Assembly (NCBI GenBank): GCA_964481465.1
Contig: CAYZTL010000003.1
Span: 65,717-129,716, forward strand
Source: an uncultured Anaerolineales bacterium
GTDB taxonomy: Bacteria > Chloroflexota > Anaerolineae > Anaerolineales > UBA11858
Reading direction: 5' to 3'
Length of the DNA: 64,000 nucleotides
Both the position numbers and the translations under genes were made by a program. The notes below the pieces were generated by a model. It searched no databases, was not told the DNA's origin, and saw only the letters and a program-made list of their open reading frames with translations. This document shows positions 19,804-28,237 of this stretch, one piece after another (within the stretch, counting starts at the first letter, position 1; each line of letters opens with the position of its first letter).

Positions 19804-21042
19804 CTAACGTAGAAGCTTCTTGACCTCTTCCAAATCGGGTTTGATCACCGGCGCTTTGCCCGCTGCATCCATCGCGGCCTCAACATCTTTCAACCCGCTT
19901 CCCGTGTTCAAGACCAAGATCGGGTCCCGGGCCTCAACCAGGCCCTCCTGGAGGGCTTTTTTCAATCCCGCATAGGAGGTCGCTCCAGCGGGTTCGGCGA
20001 AGATACCCACCTCACCCAAATCCGCCACCGCTCGCAGAATGGCCTGGTCTCTTACAGCCACATAAGCGCCGTCCGTCTCTGTAGCAGCCCGCAAGGCTCG
20101 CAGGCCGTCACTGGGCAGATTCACGGAGATGCTGTCCGCCAGGGTATCCGCAGAGACAGGTTTGATCTCTTCCGTCCCCGCCTGGAAAGCGTTGGCGATC
20201 GCCGCAGATCCCGTGGACTGGCAGCCGAAGATGCGCGGCATCTGCTCAAGCATCCCGATCTTTGCCAGATCTTTAAATCCTTTGTGCAATCCGGAGATAA
20301 TGTTCCCATCTCCGACGGAGATGAAAACGCACAGCGGACGCTGAAAATCGTTCTCTTCGATGAGCATTTCCCAAATTTCAAAAGCTGCGGTCTTCTTTCC
20401 CTCCGCGGTGAAGGGGTTGTAGCCCGTATTCCGGTTATACCAGCCGAATTCCCGGGTCGCCTCCAGCGATAACTGGTAGGCAGCGTCATAATTGTCATCC
20501 ACCAGGATAACCTGCGCACCGTAAATCAACAGCTGGGCGATTTTCGCCGGCGGTGCGTTCTTGGGAGCGAAGATCACGGACCGCTGGCCTACCGCTGCAG
20601 CCATACCCGCCAAAGCCGCCCCGGCGTTTCCCGTCGAGGCGGTGACGATCACTTCCGCGCCAATTTCCCGGGCCCGAGCGATCAAAAGCGCGCTGGCCCG
20701 GTCTTTAAAGGAAGCGGTCGGGTTGCTGCTCTCATCTTTGACCCACAGCTGGGGCAGCCCCAGCTCCGCTTTCAACACGGGGGGGGAATAGGTCGGGGTC
20801 CAGCCCGCCGCCCGGAGGGGCGTGCCCTCCCCAATCCATTCCGCAACCGGCAGGAGGGGGAGATAACGCCATAAGGATTCCTCTGCCCTTAAAATAAGCT
20901 CATTTTTAGGCTTCTCTTTTACAGCTGCATAGTCCAGAAGGACATCCAAAATCCCCTCATCTTGGGGACAGGTATAGGTCACCTCATCCGGGCCGTATTC
21001 CGTGCCGCATACCGAACACCGATAACCGACAAATTTTTGCAT
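19804..21042 (-). CDS. thrC: threonine synthase-family PLP enzyme with N-terminal zinc ribbon
   Basis: 412 aa. The N-terminus has CSVCGTEY...YTCP, and SNPTASFKDRAS carries the PLP-lysine motif. Its ATG lies 1 nt after the stop of the ABC ATPase gene. Confidence 0.8.
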   Translation of the reverse strand: MQKFVGYRCSVCGTEYGPDEVTYTCPQDEGILDVLLDYAAVKEKPKNELILRAEESLWRYLPLLPVAEWIGEGTPLRAAGWTPTYSPPVLKAELGLPQLWVKDESSNPTASFKDRASALLIARAREIGAEVIVTASTGNAGAALAGMAAAVGQRSVIFAPKNAPPAKIAQLLIYGAQVILVDDNYDAAYQLSLEATREFGWYNRNTGYNPFTAEGKKTAAFEIWEMLIEENDFQRPLCVFISVGDGNIISGLHKGFKDLAKIGMLEQMPRIFGCQSTGSAAIANAFQAGTEEIKPVSADTLADSISVNLPSDGLRALRAATETDGAYVAVRDQAILRAVADLGEVGIFAEPAGATSYAGLKKALQEGLVEARDPILVLNTGSGLKDVEAAMDAAGKAPVIKPDLEEVKKLLR

Positions 21043-21043
21043 C

Positions 21044-22600
21044 CTATACCTTTTCCTCCTCTTTCACACCAGCCATCATCAAGCCCAGTTTTTCGGGGGT
21101 GGCTTCATCGCCGGGGACGATGCCCATGATCTGGCCTTCGTAGATCACGGCAATCCGATCCGCCAAAGCTAAGATCTCATCCAGGTCCTCGGAAATGAGC
21201 AGGATGGCTGTGCCTTGCTTTCTTTGGGATAACAGTTGCTCGCGGACGTACTCCATAGCACCCACATCCAACCCGCGAGTGGGCTGGGACGCCACGATCA
21301 CCCGGGGTTCCCGGGAAAGTTCCCGGGCCACGACCACTTTCTGAATGTTCCCTCCAGAGAGGCTTTTTGCCAGGGTCTCCCGCGAAGGGGTTTTAATCTG
21401 GTAGTTTTCAATCAACCGGTCGCTGTTTTCCCTGATCGCCTTCAGATTTAAAAAACCAGATTGGGAGAAGGGTTTCTTATGGTGTTCGCGGAGGATCAAG
21501 TTCTCCGCCACCGTAAACTCCTTGATCATCCCATCCCGCATGCGTTCCTCCGGGATGTAGGCAAGTTTACGATCCGTGCGTGCAATGGGTGGATAATGGG
21601 TGATATTCTCTCCATCCAGGAAAATCTTCCCCCTCTCCACCTCCCTTAACCCGGTAATCACCTCGGCCAACTCAAGCTGACCGTTCCCGGAAACCCCAGC
21701 TACACCCAGGATTTCACCCGACCTGACTGCCAAATCAACCCCTCGCAGCCCGGGCGTGCCGCGGTCGCTCTTACAGGATACGCCATCAACCTCTAAACGG
21801 ACCTCGCCGGGTTGGATCTCTTCAATATCGGGACGGAAATCAACCTCACGCCCCACCATCCACCTCGCTAAATCAGATTTGGTCGCATCTACGGTTTGAT
21901 ACGTCCCGACTTTGCGCCCCCCCCGCAAGACCGTCACCCGATCACTGATGTCGATCACCTCATGCAATTTATGTGAGATAAAAATGAGTGCATGTCCATC
22001 TTCTGCCATCTCGTGGATGATCTGGAACAACTCATCCACTTCCTGAGGCGTTAAAACCGCCGTGGGCTCATCGAGGATCAGCAGCGCGGCGCCCCGGTAA
22101 AGGGCTTTCATGATCTCCACCCGCTGCCGCTGTCCAACGGATAACTGCCAAATATACGCGTCCGGATCCATTTCCAGACCATATAAACCCGCCAGCTCCA
22201 GAATGCGCTCGGAGACGCGATCCAGATCCGTCAATGGTTCCCGGGAGGATTCCAGGCCCAAGGCCACATTTTCAGCCACCGTCAAGGTCTCTACCAGCAT
22301 GAAGTGCTGGTGGATCATCCCGATCCCATTCTTGATGGCATCGGTGGGGGATTGGATCTTGACTTGTTTCCCATTCAGGAAGATTTGCCCCTCATCAGCC
22401 TGGTACAAGCCGTAAAGGATATTCATCAAGGTGCTTTTACCAGCCCCATTTTCTCCCAGCAGGGCATGGATTTCCCCGGATCTGACTTCAAAATCGACGC
22501 GGTCATTGGCTAAAACCCCTGGAAAGCGTTTAGTTACCGACCGCATTTCCATGTGGTCAATTCTGACTTCGCCGGTGGGAAGCAAATTATCTTCAGCCAT
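21044..22600 (-). CDS. ABC transporter ATP-binding protein, duplicated ATPase (nucleoside/sugar CUT2 type)
   Basis: 518 aa. Two ABC cassettes are present (GENGAGKST, LSVGQRQRVEI, LLILDEPT; second signature LSGGNIQKVVVAR). Confidence 0.92.
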   Translation of the reverse strand: MAEDNLLPTGEVRIDHMEMRSVTKRFPGVLANDRVDFEVRSGEIHALLGENGAGKSTLMNILYGLYQADEGQIFLNGKQVKIQSPTDAIKNGIGMIHQHFMLVETLTVAENVALGLESSREPLTDLDRVSERILELAGLYGLEMDPDAYIWQLSVGQRQRVEIMKALYRGAALLILDEPTAVLTPQEVDELFQIIHEMAEDGHALIFISHKLHEVIDISDRVTVLRGGRKVGTYQTVDATKSDLARWMVGREVDFRPDIEEIQPGEVRLEVDGVSCKSDRGTPGLRGVDLAVRSGEILGVAGVSGNGQLELAEVITGLREVERGKIFLDGENITHYPPIARTDRKLAYIPEERMRDGMIKEFTVAENLILREHHKKPFSQSGFLNLKAIRENSDRLIENYQIKTPSRETLAKSLSGGNIQKVVVARELSREPRVIVASQPTRGLDVGAMEYVREQLLSQRKQGTAILLISEDLDEILALADRIAVIYEGQIMGIVPGDEATPEKLGLMMAGVKEEEKV

Positions 22601-22631
22601 CTCTCGTCCTTCCTATCCTATGGTACAGGAT

Positions 22632-22670
22632 GGGGGGGAAGGTCGGGGGAACGACCCCCTCGACCTTCCC
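22632..22670 (-). promoter_or_regulatory. GC-rich intercistronic stem-loop between the binding-protein and ATPase genes
   Basis: GGGAAGGTCGGGGG (22636-22649) pairs with CCCCCTCGACCTTCCC (22655-22670), with one bulge. No U-run follows, so it looks like an mRNA stabiliser or attenuator rather than a full terminator. Confidence 0.6.
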
Positions 22671-22687
22671 ATACTTCCCTTATCCAT

Positions 22688-23689
22688 CTACTCTACATCA
22701 ACCGTTATTTCACCGTCAATGATCCCTTGGATGGTCTCATCTGCCAGGGATTTCACGTCCTCCGGCAAATCAAAGTCGGGGTTGAATTCGATCTCCAAAC
22801 CGTCATTCGCCAAGGTGATGGCATAGGCTTTTCCGCCTAAGGTCCCGTTTTGGATGCTGTCAATCATATCCCGGAGGATGACCTCCCAGTGATACACCTG
22901 ACTGGCAACCACGATGCTGGGGGCTAGTTCCGTCTGATTGGCCTGGGTGCCAAACCAGAGGACATCGTTCTCCTCTGCGACGCCGATCGCCCCGGTCACC
23001 ATCTGTGCGGTCCCGGTCAGCACATCCGCGCCTGCGGAAACGTGGGTATTGGCAGCCTCAGATGCCAATGCCACATCCGAGAAGGAACCGATATAGTTCA
23101 CATTGACCCGCACATCCGGGCTGTTAGCTTTCGCTCCCGCTTTGAAACCATCGATGTACAGTTTGGCATCTCCGGTCTCAATGGGACCGACAACACCCAA
23201 GATATTGCTTTCGGAAAGCGTGGCCGCCAAGACGCCGTTGACATACCCGCCCTCTTCCGCCCGAGCCTCATAGGCATAGACGTTGTCAATGCCCTGATCC
23301 TTGAAGGTGTCCACCGTCGTCCCCCAGGCAAAGGCCGTGTCGGGGAAGTCAGGCGCAATTTCCTGTATCGACGACCCATATTGGGACCCATGGCCGATGA
23401 CCAGGTCATAACCCTGGGAGGCGTAGTCCCGGATGGCGGCGGCAGCGTCATCGACGACGAACATGTTCTCTGAATAGTCCAAGGTCATCGCTTCTTCGCC
23501 GCCCATTTCCTCCTGGATGACCATCAACGCGTCATACATGCTCTGGCTGAAAGCCAGGTCATTGATAGGGCTGGGCATGACCAGGGCGACTTTAAACACG
23601 TCATCCTCACCTCCACCAACTCCACCGCCACAGGATGCAAGGACAATGGTCAAGATCAAAAACAAAACGGTTAAACTTTTCTTCCTCAT
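22688..23689 (-). CDS. BMP-family (Med/PnrA-like) ABC substrate-binding lipoprotein, probable nucleoside binding
   Basis: 333 aa. Lipobox LASCGG. FKVALVMPSPINDLAFSQ...GHGSQYG is typical of basic membrane protein (BMP) family binding proteins. Confidence 0.88.
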   Translation of the reverse strand: MRKKSLTVLFLILTIVLASCGGGVGGGEDDVFKVALVMPSPINDLAFSQSMYDALMVIQEEMGGEEAMTLDYSENMFVVDDAAAAIRDYASQGYDLVIGHGSQYGSSIQEIAPDFPDTAFAWGTTVDTFKDQGIDNVYAYEARAEEGGYVNGVLAATLSESNILGVVGPIETGDAKLYIDGFKAGAKANSPDVRVNVNYIGSFSDVALASEAANTHVSAGADVLTGTAQMVTGAIGVAEENDVLWFGTQANQTELAPSIVVASQVYHWEVILRDMIDSIQNGTLGGKAYAITLANDGLEIEFNPDFDLPEDVKSLADETIQGIIDGEITVDVE

Positions 23690-23792
23690 TTCACGCTCCT
23701 TTCACTAAAGCGACTACGGGTAACTTGCCTGCGAAAAATGATTTTTAGACGAGAGGAAAACACCTCCTTTTTTCATAGATCTCCACTGATGA

Positions 23793-24725
23793 TCATTCTT
23801 CCCGTTCAAAAGGCTTTGTTAGAGCGGATGGTGAGCGGACACCCGAAGCTGAGGCCATCAAAACCAAGATGGTCAACACATAGGGCATCATCACAGCGAT
23901 GTCGGAGGGGATGGGGATGCCTAAAACCTGGATCCACAACTGCAGGGAGTTGACCATGCTGAAGATCAACGCCCCTAACATCACACCCACCGGGCGCCAG
24001 CTGCCAAAGTACACCAATGCCACGGCAATAAATCCCAAACCGCTGGTCATGTTCTGTTGAAACACGTTCAACAAAGCGATGGATTGGGAAGCCCCGGCGA
24101 TTCCGGACATGGCACCACCCAGGATCACAGTGAAATACCGGATCCCCGCCACGCTCACCCCTAATGAATCCGCTGCTTCGGGGTTTTCACCAACCGACCT
24201 GATCTTCAATCCCAACGTGGTCTTATTAATCACAAACCAGCTGATGGGGACGAGGGCAAAAGCGATATACACCAAAATGTTGTGTTGAAAGAAAATCTTG
24301 CCCAATACAGGGAGATCACTCAGGTAGGGGATGTCTATTTTGGGGAACCCTTTCACGGTTTCCACCGTCCCTAAGATCTTCTGGAACAGCAAATCGCTCA
24401 GCCCCAGACCAAAAAGGTAAAACCCGATCCCGCTGATCCCCTGCTCCGCCTGGAGATTCACGGTCACAAATGCCATCGCCAACCCCATAATGGCGCCGAC
24501 AATCAAGGCTGCCAGCATGCCCAACCACAGGTTTCCCGTGGTGAATGCCACATAGAAGGCAGCGAAGGCCCCCAAAAGCATTTGCCCTTCCACGCCCAGA
24601 TTAAGGACCCCGCTGCGCTGGCTGAACGTTTCTCCAATCGCGGCATATAAATATGGCGTGGCCAAACGGATCCCAGAGGCGAGTATACCGAACACGACCG
24701 TCGCTGAGAACAAATCCGAGATCAT
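23793..24725 (-). CDS. ABC transporter permease (BMP/nucleoside system, second permease)
   Basis: 310 aa, multi-TM. It overlaps the upstream permease gene by 4 nt. Confidence 0.88.
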   Translation of the reverse strand: MISDLFSATVVFGILASGIRLATPYLYAAIGETFSQRSGVLNLGVEGQMLLGAFAAFYVAFTTGNLWLGMLAALIVGAIMGLAMAFVTVNLQAEQGISGIGFYLFGLGLSDLLFQKILGTVETVKGFPKIDIPYLSDLPVLGKIFFQHNILVYIAFALVPISWFVINKTTLGLKIRSVGENPEAADSLGVSVAGIRYFTVILGGAMSGIAGASQSIALLNVFQQNMTSGLGFIAVALVYFGSWRPVGVMLGALIFSMVNSLQLWIQVLGIPIPSDIAVMMPYVLTILVLMASASGVRSPSALTKPFEREE

Positions 24726-25876
24726 TCCTCCACCTCCTGGCTTCCATCATCCGGAGAATCCTCCTCGCCTGAGGTTGTTTCTCTCATCTTTTGCGCCAAC
24801 CTCCGCCTTTGCCGCTTTTGACGCAAGATTTCGCTGCTGACCACAAAAACCACCACCAGACCATTGAGGGCAGTGATCAAAGCGGAAGGGATTTGCATCA
24901 CCCGCTGCATTTTGTTAGCGCCCACCAGTAATCCTCCAAATAAGATGGAAGCCGGAATGGTGCCCAGGGGATGGAGCTGACCAAATAAGGCAGCCACTAT
25001 ACCGTTGAAGCCCGCACTCCCCGTGAATCCAGAAGCAGAGCCATCCGTGATCATCCGGTAATTGACCCCGTATACCTTGGCAACCCCTGCGAGACCGGCA
25101 AAAGCGCCGCTCAACAAGAGCGCCAGAACCACGTTTCGTTTCACCTTGATCCCGGCATATCTGGCAGCATGGGGACTTTGACCTACAGCCCGGATGCGAT
25201 AACCCACCACCGTTCGCCAGAGGAGGATATACACCAAAACAGCCAGGACCACAGCGATCAAGGCTCCCAGATGCAAACGCGTGGGCACCCAGCGGGGCAG
25301 GTGGAAGGCGTCCTGTAAACGGGCGGTCTGGGGGATCTTGGAGGCCAGTTCCGCCTGGGCGGGGTCAATCATCGGTCCCCGGAGTAGAAAATTCATCAAT
25401 TGCACAGCAATGGCATTCATCATCACCGTGCTGAGGATCTCATTGACGTTGAAATAGGCCTTTAAGGCACCTGGAATCCCTCCCCAGATCGCGCCGCCAA
25501 TGAAACCACCCAAGAACGCCATAATAATCACTAACCAGCCAGGAAAGTTGGTCAAGTTCAGTCCCACCAAAGTCCCCAAGATGGCACCGACGATCATCTG
25601 GCCCTCGCCGCCGATGTTGATCACATCCCCGCGAAAGGAGATGCAGATCCCGAGCCCGACCAGCAGTAACGGAGTCGCTTTCACCAGTGTCTCGGCTACC
25701 GAATTCCAGCTCCCGAATGCGCCGTTGACCAGCGCACCATACGCTCTAAAGGGATTGACGTTGAAAAACAAGAGCATGATTGCCCCCAACGCGAACGCTC
25801 CCAAGGCGGCAACCATGGGCAGGGAAGTATCAATCACCTGTGAGACCCATTCGGCTTTGACCCACTTTTTCATCAT
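24722..25876 (-). CDS. ABC transporter permease (BMP/nucleoside system, first permease)
   Basis: 384 aa, multi-TM, with INIGGEGQM motifs typical of branched-chain/sugar-type permeases. It has a charged C-terminal tail. Confidence 0.88.
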   Translation of the reverse strand: MMKKWVKAEWVSQVIDTSLPMVAALGAFALGAIMLLFFNVNPFRAYGALVNGAFGSWNSVAETLVKATPLLLVGLGICISFRGDVINIGGEGQMIVGAILGTLVGLNLTNFPGWLVIIMAFLGGFIGGAIWGGIPGALKAYFNVNEILSTVMMNAIAVQLMNFLLRGPMIDPAQAELASKIPQTARLQDAFHLPRWVPTRLHLGALIAVVLAVLVYILLWRTVVGYRIRAVGQSPHAARYAGIKVKRNVVLALLLSGAFAGLAGVAKVYGVNYRMITDGSASGFTGSAGFNGIVAALFGQLHPLGTIPASILFGGLLVGANKMQRVMQIPSALITALNGLVVVFVVSSEILRQKRQRRRLAQKMRETTSGEEDSPDDGSQEVEE

Positions 25877-26100
25877 CTGTGTCCTTTCGATATCCTCATC
25901 CTGCGTCCGGCAGCGAGCCTTTGCATCCCCCGTAAAGGAGCGGGGGGATGGTTGATAGGGAAGGCCACTCTTCCCCTTGAATTCCGCTAAAGAGCCGGCA
26001 AGGTTTTCCTCTTCACAAACGCCGGCACCATCCTACCCATCTGAGAGCCTACTATCCGGATTTCCTCTCCCGGATACTGGCTGGACTCCCTCTCTCCTTT

Positions 26101-26128
26101 AGTATAACTGACGACTCGTGAAACCCAA
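26101..26128 (-). promoter_or_regulatory. candidate sigma70-type promoter for the ABC operon
   Basis: On the minus strand: TTGGGT-N16-TATACT. This would give a leader of about 215 nt. Confidence 0.25.
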
Positions 26129-26189
26129 TCCATGAATGACGGCGAAAGCCCAATTTAGTCCCGGAAAACCTCAAGGGATCTTCACTTAA

Positions 26190-27146
26190 TTATGGGACAA
26201 TGTGCGTACCGGTCTCCCCTTTCAAGGCCCGTCCGATGTTTTCCGGGTTGGTGACGATGGCCTTTTTACCGCCGCTCTCCAGAAAGCGGACGATGGCTTT
26301 GATCTTCGGTTCCATGGAACCTTTGGCGAAGTGCGTGCCTTCCTCCAGATACCGCTTCGCCTCAGCGACGGTCATGGTGTCGATCCATTCTTGATCAGGC
26401 TTCCCGAAGTTTAAGGCCACTTTTTCCACTGCAGTGGAAATCAAATACAAATCGGCGTTGATCTCATTGGCCAACAAACCGGAAGCGAAATCTTTGTCGA
26501 TCACCGCCGCGGTCCCCCGCACTTCGTCCCCATCGCGGATGACCGGGATTCCGCCGCCACCCACGGTGATCGTGATCGTCCCCATGTCGATCAAGGCTTT
26601 CACCGCCTCCAACTCCATGATCTCCTGGGGTAAAGGGGAAGGGACTACCCGCCGCCAACCCCGCCCGGCATCCTCGACCACATCCCAGCCGTCTTCTCTT
26701 TGCCTGCGCTGGGCTTCGTCCTCCTCCATGAAACTGCCAATGGGTTTGGAAGGCTCCTGGAATGCAGGGTCATCCGGATCCACCCGAACCTGGGTGATCA
26801 CGGTGGCTGCTCCCTTGTCAATGCCCCGTTTCCGCAGATCATTCTGGATGTTTTGCTGCAGGGCGTAGCCAATCGCGCCCTGGCTGTCTGCGCCGCACAC
26901 ATCGAGGGGCAGTTCATGCATCCCTTCCACACGAGCGGCGATCTCCGAGCGGCGGAGGATGAACCCCACCTGGGGCCCATTTCCGTGCCCAATGGCGATG
27001 TCCCAGCCCTGCTCAATCATGTCCACCAGGTGTTTGGCAGTCTCCTTTGCCGCCTGGTACTGATCTTCTACGGTCTGGTGATCCTTGCTCTTGATCAATG
27101 AGTTGCCGCCGATGGCGACAACGGCTACTTTTCGTTCCTCACTCAT
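26190..27146 (-). CDS. arcC: carbamate kinase
   Basis: 318 aa. VVAIGGNSL...IGHGNGPQVG and length match carbamate kinase. Confidence 0.92.
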   Translation of the reverse strand: MSEERKVAVVAIGGNSLIKSKDHQTVEDQYQAAKETAKHLVDMIEQGWDIAIGHGNGPQVGFILRRSEIAARVEGMHELPLDVCGADSQGAIGYALQQNIQNDLRKRGIDKGAATVITQVRVDPDDPAFQEPSKPIGSFMEEDEAQRRQREDGWDVVEDAGRGWRRVVPSPLPQEIMELEAVKALIDMGTITITVGGGGIPVIRDGDEVRGTAAVIDKDFASGLLANEINADLYLISTAVEKVALNFGKPDQEWIDTMTVAEAKRYLEEGTHFAKGSMEPKIKAIVRFLESGGKKAIVTNPENIGRALKGETGTHIVP

Positions 27147-27154
27147 ACCTTCTC

Positions 27155-28135
27155 CTAACGCATGCTCAAAGCCATGACGGCTTTTTGTGCATGCAATCGA
27201 TTCTCAGCCTGGTCGTAGACTACGGACTGCGGTCCATCCATCACTTCACTGGTCACCTCCACATCCCGATCCGCCGGGAGGGGGTGCATGTAAATGGCAT
27301 CCTTGTCAGCTAGCGCCATCTTGCGGGCGTCCGTGATCCAATCCTTGTACTGATCCTGAATGCGTTTGCCTTCCTCCTGGTCCCGGGTCGTCAGCAGCGG
27401 ACCCCAAGATTTGGCATAGACGATATCCGCCCCTTCAAAACCCTCTTCCATGTCATGGACGACTTCGAACTGGGTGTCGTAATTCTCTGCCTGTTCCCGC
27501 GCTTGTTCCATGATCTCCGGCATGAGCTCAAACTCCGGGGGATGGGATAAGGTGACGTCCAATCCAAAGCGGGGCATCTGCAAGATCAAGGACTGGGGGA
27601 CGGAGATCGGTTTCAGGTACGAAGAAGCATAGGCCCAGGAAACGACGATCTTCTTTCCCCGCAAATCCTTCCCTTTCTTTTCCTGGATGGTCATCAAATC
27701 CGCCAGGCATTGATGGGGGTGGTAAAACTCATCCTGCATGTTGAGCACGGGGACGCGGGACGCGGAGGCGACGTTATTGAGATAGTTATTGCCAATCCCC
27801 CAATCCACATGGCGGATGGCAATGCCATCGAAATAGCGCCCCAATATCTCTCCCAGCTCTTTTTCTGTATCTCCATGGGAGACCTGGGTGGTGCGGCTCT
27901 CGATGAAGGCCGCATGCCCGCCTAACTGCGCCATCCCGGCTTCAAAGGATGACCTCGTCCGGGTGCTGGAAAAGAAGAACAGCATCCCCAGGGTCTTATC
28001 CCGCAAATAGGCGTGGGGCTGGCCCAAAGCCCGCTTCTTTTTCAAGTCCCAGGCCACATCCAGGACCGTTTCCACTTCTTCTTTGCTGAAATCAAGGTCG
28101 CTGATCAGATCTCGATTTCTCAAATCCGTAATCAT
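27155..28135 (-). CDS. carbamoyltransferase of the AOTCase/SOTCase/YgeW-like (knotted) group, substrate unknown
   Basis: 326 aa. It has SSTRTRSSFE (carbamoyl-P site), HPHQCLADL, VVSWAY...P..VPQS, YAKSWGPL and MHPLPADRDVEVTSEVMDGPQSVV. These parallel B. fragilis/Xanthomonas ArgF' motifs recalled from memory, not classical OTC (DxxxSMG/HCLP). Confidence 0.8.
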   Translation of the reverse strand: MITDLRNRDLISDLDFSKEEVETVLDVAWDLKKKRALGQPHAYLRDKTLGMLFFFSSTRTRSSFEAGMAQLGGHAAFIESRTTQVSHGDTEKELGEILGRYFDGIAIRHVDWGIGNNYLNNVASASRVPVLNMQDEFYHPHQCLADLMTIQEKKGKDLRGKKIVVSWAYASSYLKPISVPQSLILQMPRFGLDVTLSHPPEFELMPEIMEQAREQAENYDTQFEVVHDMEEGFEGADIVYAKSWGPLLTTRDQEEGKRIQDQYKDWITDARKMALADKDAIYMHPLPADRDVEVTSEVMDGPQSVVYDQAENRLHAQKAVMALSMR

Positions 28136-28237
28136 CTTTCAAACTCCTTCTATAAAATTCTAGGGTATCATGGGGGCAGAACTGTGGGGGATCCCCCCGC
28201 TCTGTCCCCCATTTGTATGATCGGTTTCCAAACCACC

